In this document: positions 61,817 through 64,000 of the stretch, piece by piece
Numbering within the stretch: the stretch's first letter is position 1
Layout of the letters: every line of letters begins with the position of its first letter
Origin: Anaerolinea sp.
Lineage (GTDB): Bacteria; Chloroflexota; Anaerolineae; Anaerolineales; Villigracilaceae
DNA: 64,000 bases
Reading direction: 5' to 3'
NCBI GenBank assembly: GCA_020719725.1
Contig: DYPU01000003.1
Span: 5,081 to 69,080 of the forward strand
Position numbers and translations under genes: made by a program
The notes under the pieces: model-generated
What the model was told of the DNA's origin: nothing
Database searches by the model: none
Seen by the model: the letters and a program-made list of their open reading frames with translations, nothing else

Positions 61817-61861
61817 CAGTTTCCCGCGCCTCCTGTCATTGGCGCAGCCCGGACATTCTCT

Positions 61862-63391
61862 GTGCATCAGACTCCCCCACGCTTGCCTCCCGCTAAATTG
61901 ATTTTCCCCCTGCTCCTGGCGCTGCTCCTGGGCCTGGGCGCTTTTCTGCGCTTCGTCGATCTCTCCCAACCTCTGTTAGATTTTCATCCCACCCGCCAGC
62001 TTTTTTCTGCCGTAAAAGCGCGTGGGATGTACTACCAAACCTTGCCCAACGCATCCTTTTGGCAAAAAGACATCTCTTACCGTCAATGGCAAGGCGAAGC
62101 AACCATCGAGCCGCCCGTCGTCGAAAACATCGCTGTCTTTTTTTATAAATTATCCGGCCAAGAGAACACCGCCTACCCGCGCGCTGTTTCAGCCGCATTT
62201 TGGCTCATCACCGCCGTATTTCTTTTTTGGCTGGCCCGCAATCTAGTTCACTCTACCCCTGCCGCGCTATTTTCGGTTGCATTCTTTTTACTCACCCCCT
62301 ACTCCATACCGGCCAGCCGCAGCTTTCAACCCGACCCGCTGATGGTACTGTTCATTATTATTTTTTGGTGGGCCATCCAAACCTGGAGCCAACAATGGCC
62401 CAACCCGCGCTGGCATTGGGCCATTCTGGCCGGGTTGGTGGGTGGTTTTGCCATCTTTATTAAATTAACCGCAGTCTTTTTTATCATTGGCGGGGCTTTG
62501 GGCCCAATTTTGGCCCATCTCAACCTGTACAAGAGCCTCAAAAACCCACAAACCTGGCTAATCATGCTGCTTGGCGTGCTACCTGCCGGATTCTACCTGT
62601 ACGATGGCCTGTACATTAGCGGCGTTCTTAGCCAGCAATTTGGCGGACGGTTCTTTCCAGGCTTTTGGATTGACCCCTATTTTTACCTGCGCTGGCTTCT
62701 TAAAGTTGACGCCGTTGTTGGCTTGCTTGGGCTTAGTTTGGCGCTGCTCAGTTGGCTTGTTTTTGCCGCCAAACCTGCCAAAATTGTTCTTGCGGCCCCG
62801 TGGCTGGGCTATTTTATCTATGGATTGGTCTTTCCACACCACATTTCCAGCCACGATTACTATAGCCTACCGTTGATTCCGCTGGCGGCCCTCAGTTTTG
62901 CGCCTTTGGCGCGTGAGATCGCTGTAAAACTTGAACCATCCCTTAAGTCGCGCTTTTCCTGGGGCATTTTCTTTTTGCTTTTCGCCTTTTTTCTAACCGG
63001 CTACGCCAGCCTCAGTTACCTTGCAATCCGCCAGGCCGATACCCGCCCCCTGGCTCAAATGAATGCAGAAATTGGCGAAATCATCCAGCATCAGCCGGGC
63101 ATCCTTGCGCTTACCGAAGAATATGGCTATCCACTGGCTTATTATGGCTGGCAAAACGTTAGCCTGTGGCCGCCAGCCGCCACAATCGAAGACTATCGGC
63201 AGGTTTTTGCTCGCCAAACCAAAGAGAAAGCCTATTTTCTCGTCACCGATTTCGCAGAACTGGCGCGTCAACCCCAATTACTGGAAAAACTAACCGAATA
63301 TACAATTTTTGCCCAAAGTCGCGGTTATGTTATATACGACTTGAAAGCGCCGCGCATTCAACCTAACTTACCCGAAACCGGCCTGCCTTGA
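61862..63391 (+). CDS. GT-C membrane glycosyltransferase, ArnT/PMT_2-like
   Basis: 509 aa, GTG start, more than 10 TM segments. The early loop with EPPVVEN followed by an aromatic-rich helix resembles family 39-type transferases. Confidence 0.6.
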   Translation: MHQTPPRLPPAKLIFPLLLALLLGLGAFLRFVDLSQPLLDFHPTRQLFSAVKARGMYYQTLPNASFWQKDISYRQWQGEATIEPPVVENIAVFFYKLSGQENTAYPRAVSAAFWLITAVFLFWLARNLVHSTPAALFSVAFFLLTPYSIPASRSFQPDPLMVLFIIIFWWAIQTWSQQWPNPRWHWAILAGLVGGFAIFIKLTAVFFIIGGALGPILAHLNLYKSLKNPQTWLIMLLGVLPAGFYLYDGLYISGVLSQQFGGRFFPGFWIDPYFYLRWLLKVDAVVGLLGLSLALLSWLVFAAKPAKIVLAAPWLGYFIYGLVFPHHISSHDYYSLPLIPLAALSFAPLAREIAVKLEPSLKSRFSWGIFFLLFAFFLTGYASLSYLAIRQADTRPLAQMNAEIGEIIQHQPGILALTEEYGYPLAYYGWQNVSLWPPAATIEDYRQVFARQTKEKAYFLVTDFAELARQPQLLEKLTEYTIFAQSRGYVIYDLKAPRIQPNLPETGLP

Positions 63392-64000
63392 ACAATCCCA
63401 CTGTTTCTGTGATCACCCCATCCTACAACCAATCCCGCTACCTGGAGCAAACTCTGCGCTCGGTGCTAATGCAGGATTACCCCAACCTCGAATATTTTGT
63501 CATTGATGGCGGCTCGACTGATTCCAGCGTGGAGATTATCCGCCAGTACGAGCGTCAGCTAACGGGTTGGGTTTCGGAAAAAGACCAGGGCCAGGCAGAA
63601 GCGATCAATAAAGGATTCCGGCGCGCGGGCGGAGAAATCATCGCCTGGCTCAATTCCGATGATCTTTACCAGCCTGGAGCCATCCAAAAAGCGGTTGAAA
63701 CCTTCCAAAAATATCCCGCAGCCGGGTTGGTTTATGGCAATGTCTTGTCCATTGACGAAAATTCAAAATCTTTCAACTTGCAAACTTTTAAACCCATAAC
63801 ATTGGTAGATTTAATGTCTTTCAATATCATTAGCCAGCCAGCGGTTTTTATGCGCCGCGCGGTACTCGAACAAGCCGGGTGGCTCGATCTCAGCTTTCAC
63901 CTATTGCTTGATCATCAACTCTGGCTGCGAATGGCGCAACTGGCCCCGCTGATTTACATTCCTGAGACGCTGGCTGCCGCCCGTTACCACGCCGAAGCCA
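63388..64000 (+). CDS. Glycosyltransferase family 2, 3' end outside window
   Basis: TTG start overlapping the upstream TGA (TTGA). Frame open to the window end. VSVITPSYNQSRYLEQTLRSVLMQDYPNLEYFVIDGGSTDSS and NSDD motifs. Confidence 0.8.
   Translation, partial: MNNPTVSVITPSYNQSRYLEQTLRSVLMQDYPNLEYFVIDGGSTDSSVEIIRQYERQLTGWVSEKDQGQAEAINKGFRRAGGEIIAWLNSDDLYQPGAIQKAVETFQKYPAAGLVYGNVLSIDENSKSFNLQTFKPITLVDLMSFNIISQPAVFMRRAVLEQAGWLDLSFHLLLDHQLWLRMAQLAPLIYIPETLAAARYHAEA

Overview
This 64 kb window looks like a compact bacterial chromosome segment. It holds about 60 protein genes, one tRNA-Gln(UUG) and one SAM-I riboswitch. I saw no rRNA, CRISPR array, transposase or integrase. The organism may be a monoderm, Chloroflexota/Anaerolineae-like bacterium. 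That guess rests on Pro/Ala-rich lipoprotein linkers on the solute-binding proteins, a polyphosphate glucokinase and a Chloroflexi-style c-type cytochrome, and is inference only. Block 1 (1-8.4 kb) is housekeeping: the 3' end of a DEAD-box helicase, an FAD reductase, ppgK, an aminotransferase, a sugar nucleotidyltransferase, pcrA and mscL. Block 2 (8.7-27.7 kb) is a supercluster of Opp/Dpp-type ABC importer genes with unbalanced stoichiometry: 3 ATPase pairs, 2 permease pairs and 3 family-5 binding lipoproteins. It also carries an embedded c-type cytochrome whose reading frame is broken, and a conserved Shine-Dalgarno-like leader motif upstream of two binding-protein genes. Block 3 (27.7-47.8 kb) is mixed. 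It contains an orphan receiver/roadblock-like response regulator, tRNA-Gln, glmU-cdd-recO, an ArsR/FAD-oxidoreductase operon and a Fur-family regulator co-transcribed with a CbiMQO-type ECF metal importer behind tandem palindromes. It also contains an XPB-N-terminal-like protein with no helicase, an FGE-domain lipoprotein, the SAM-I riboswitch with metK, a Trx-VKOR fusion, holA, an AT-rich DUF4160/DUF2442 islet and cysS. Block 4 (47.85 kb to the window end) is the most unusual part. It is a 13-gene glycan-assembly locus that mixes a KpsC/S-like protein, a PAPS-type sulfotransferase, two GT2 enzymes and a cytidylyltransferase. It further includes a DUF115/Maf-like protein, two dehydrogenases, an ArnT-like GT-C and three paralogues of an uncharacterised polytopic membrane protein. 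One paralogue is split by a single in-frame TAA, and two have much lower GC than the third. All functional calls come from motif recognition by eye. No database search was run.
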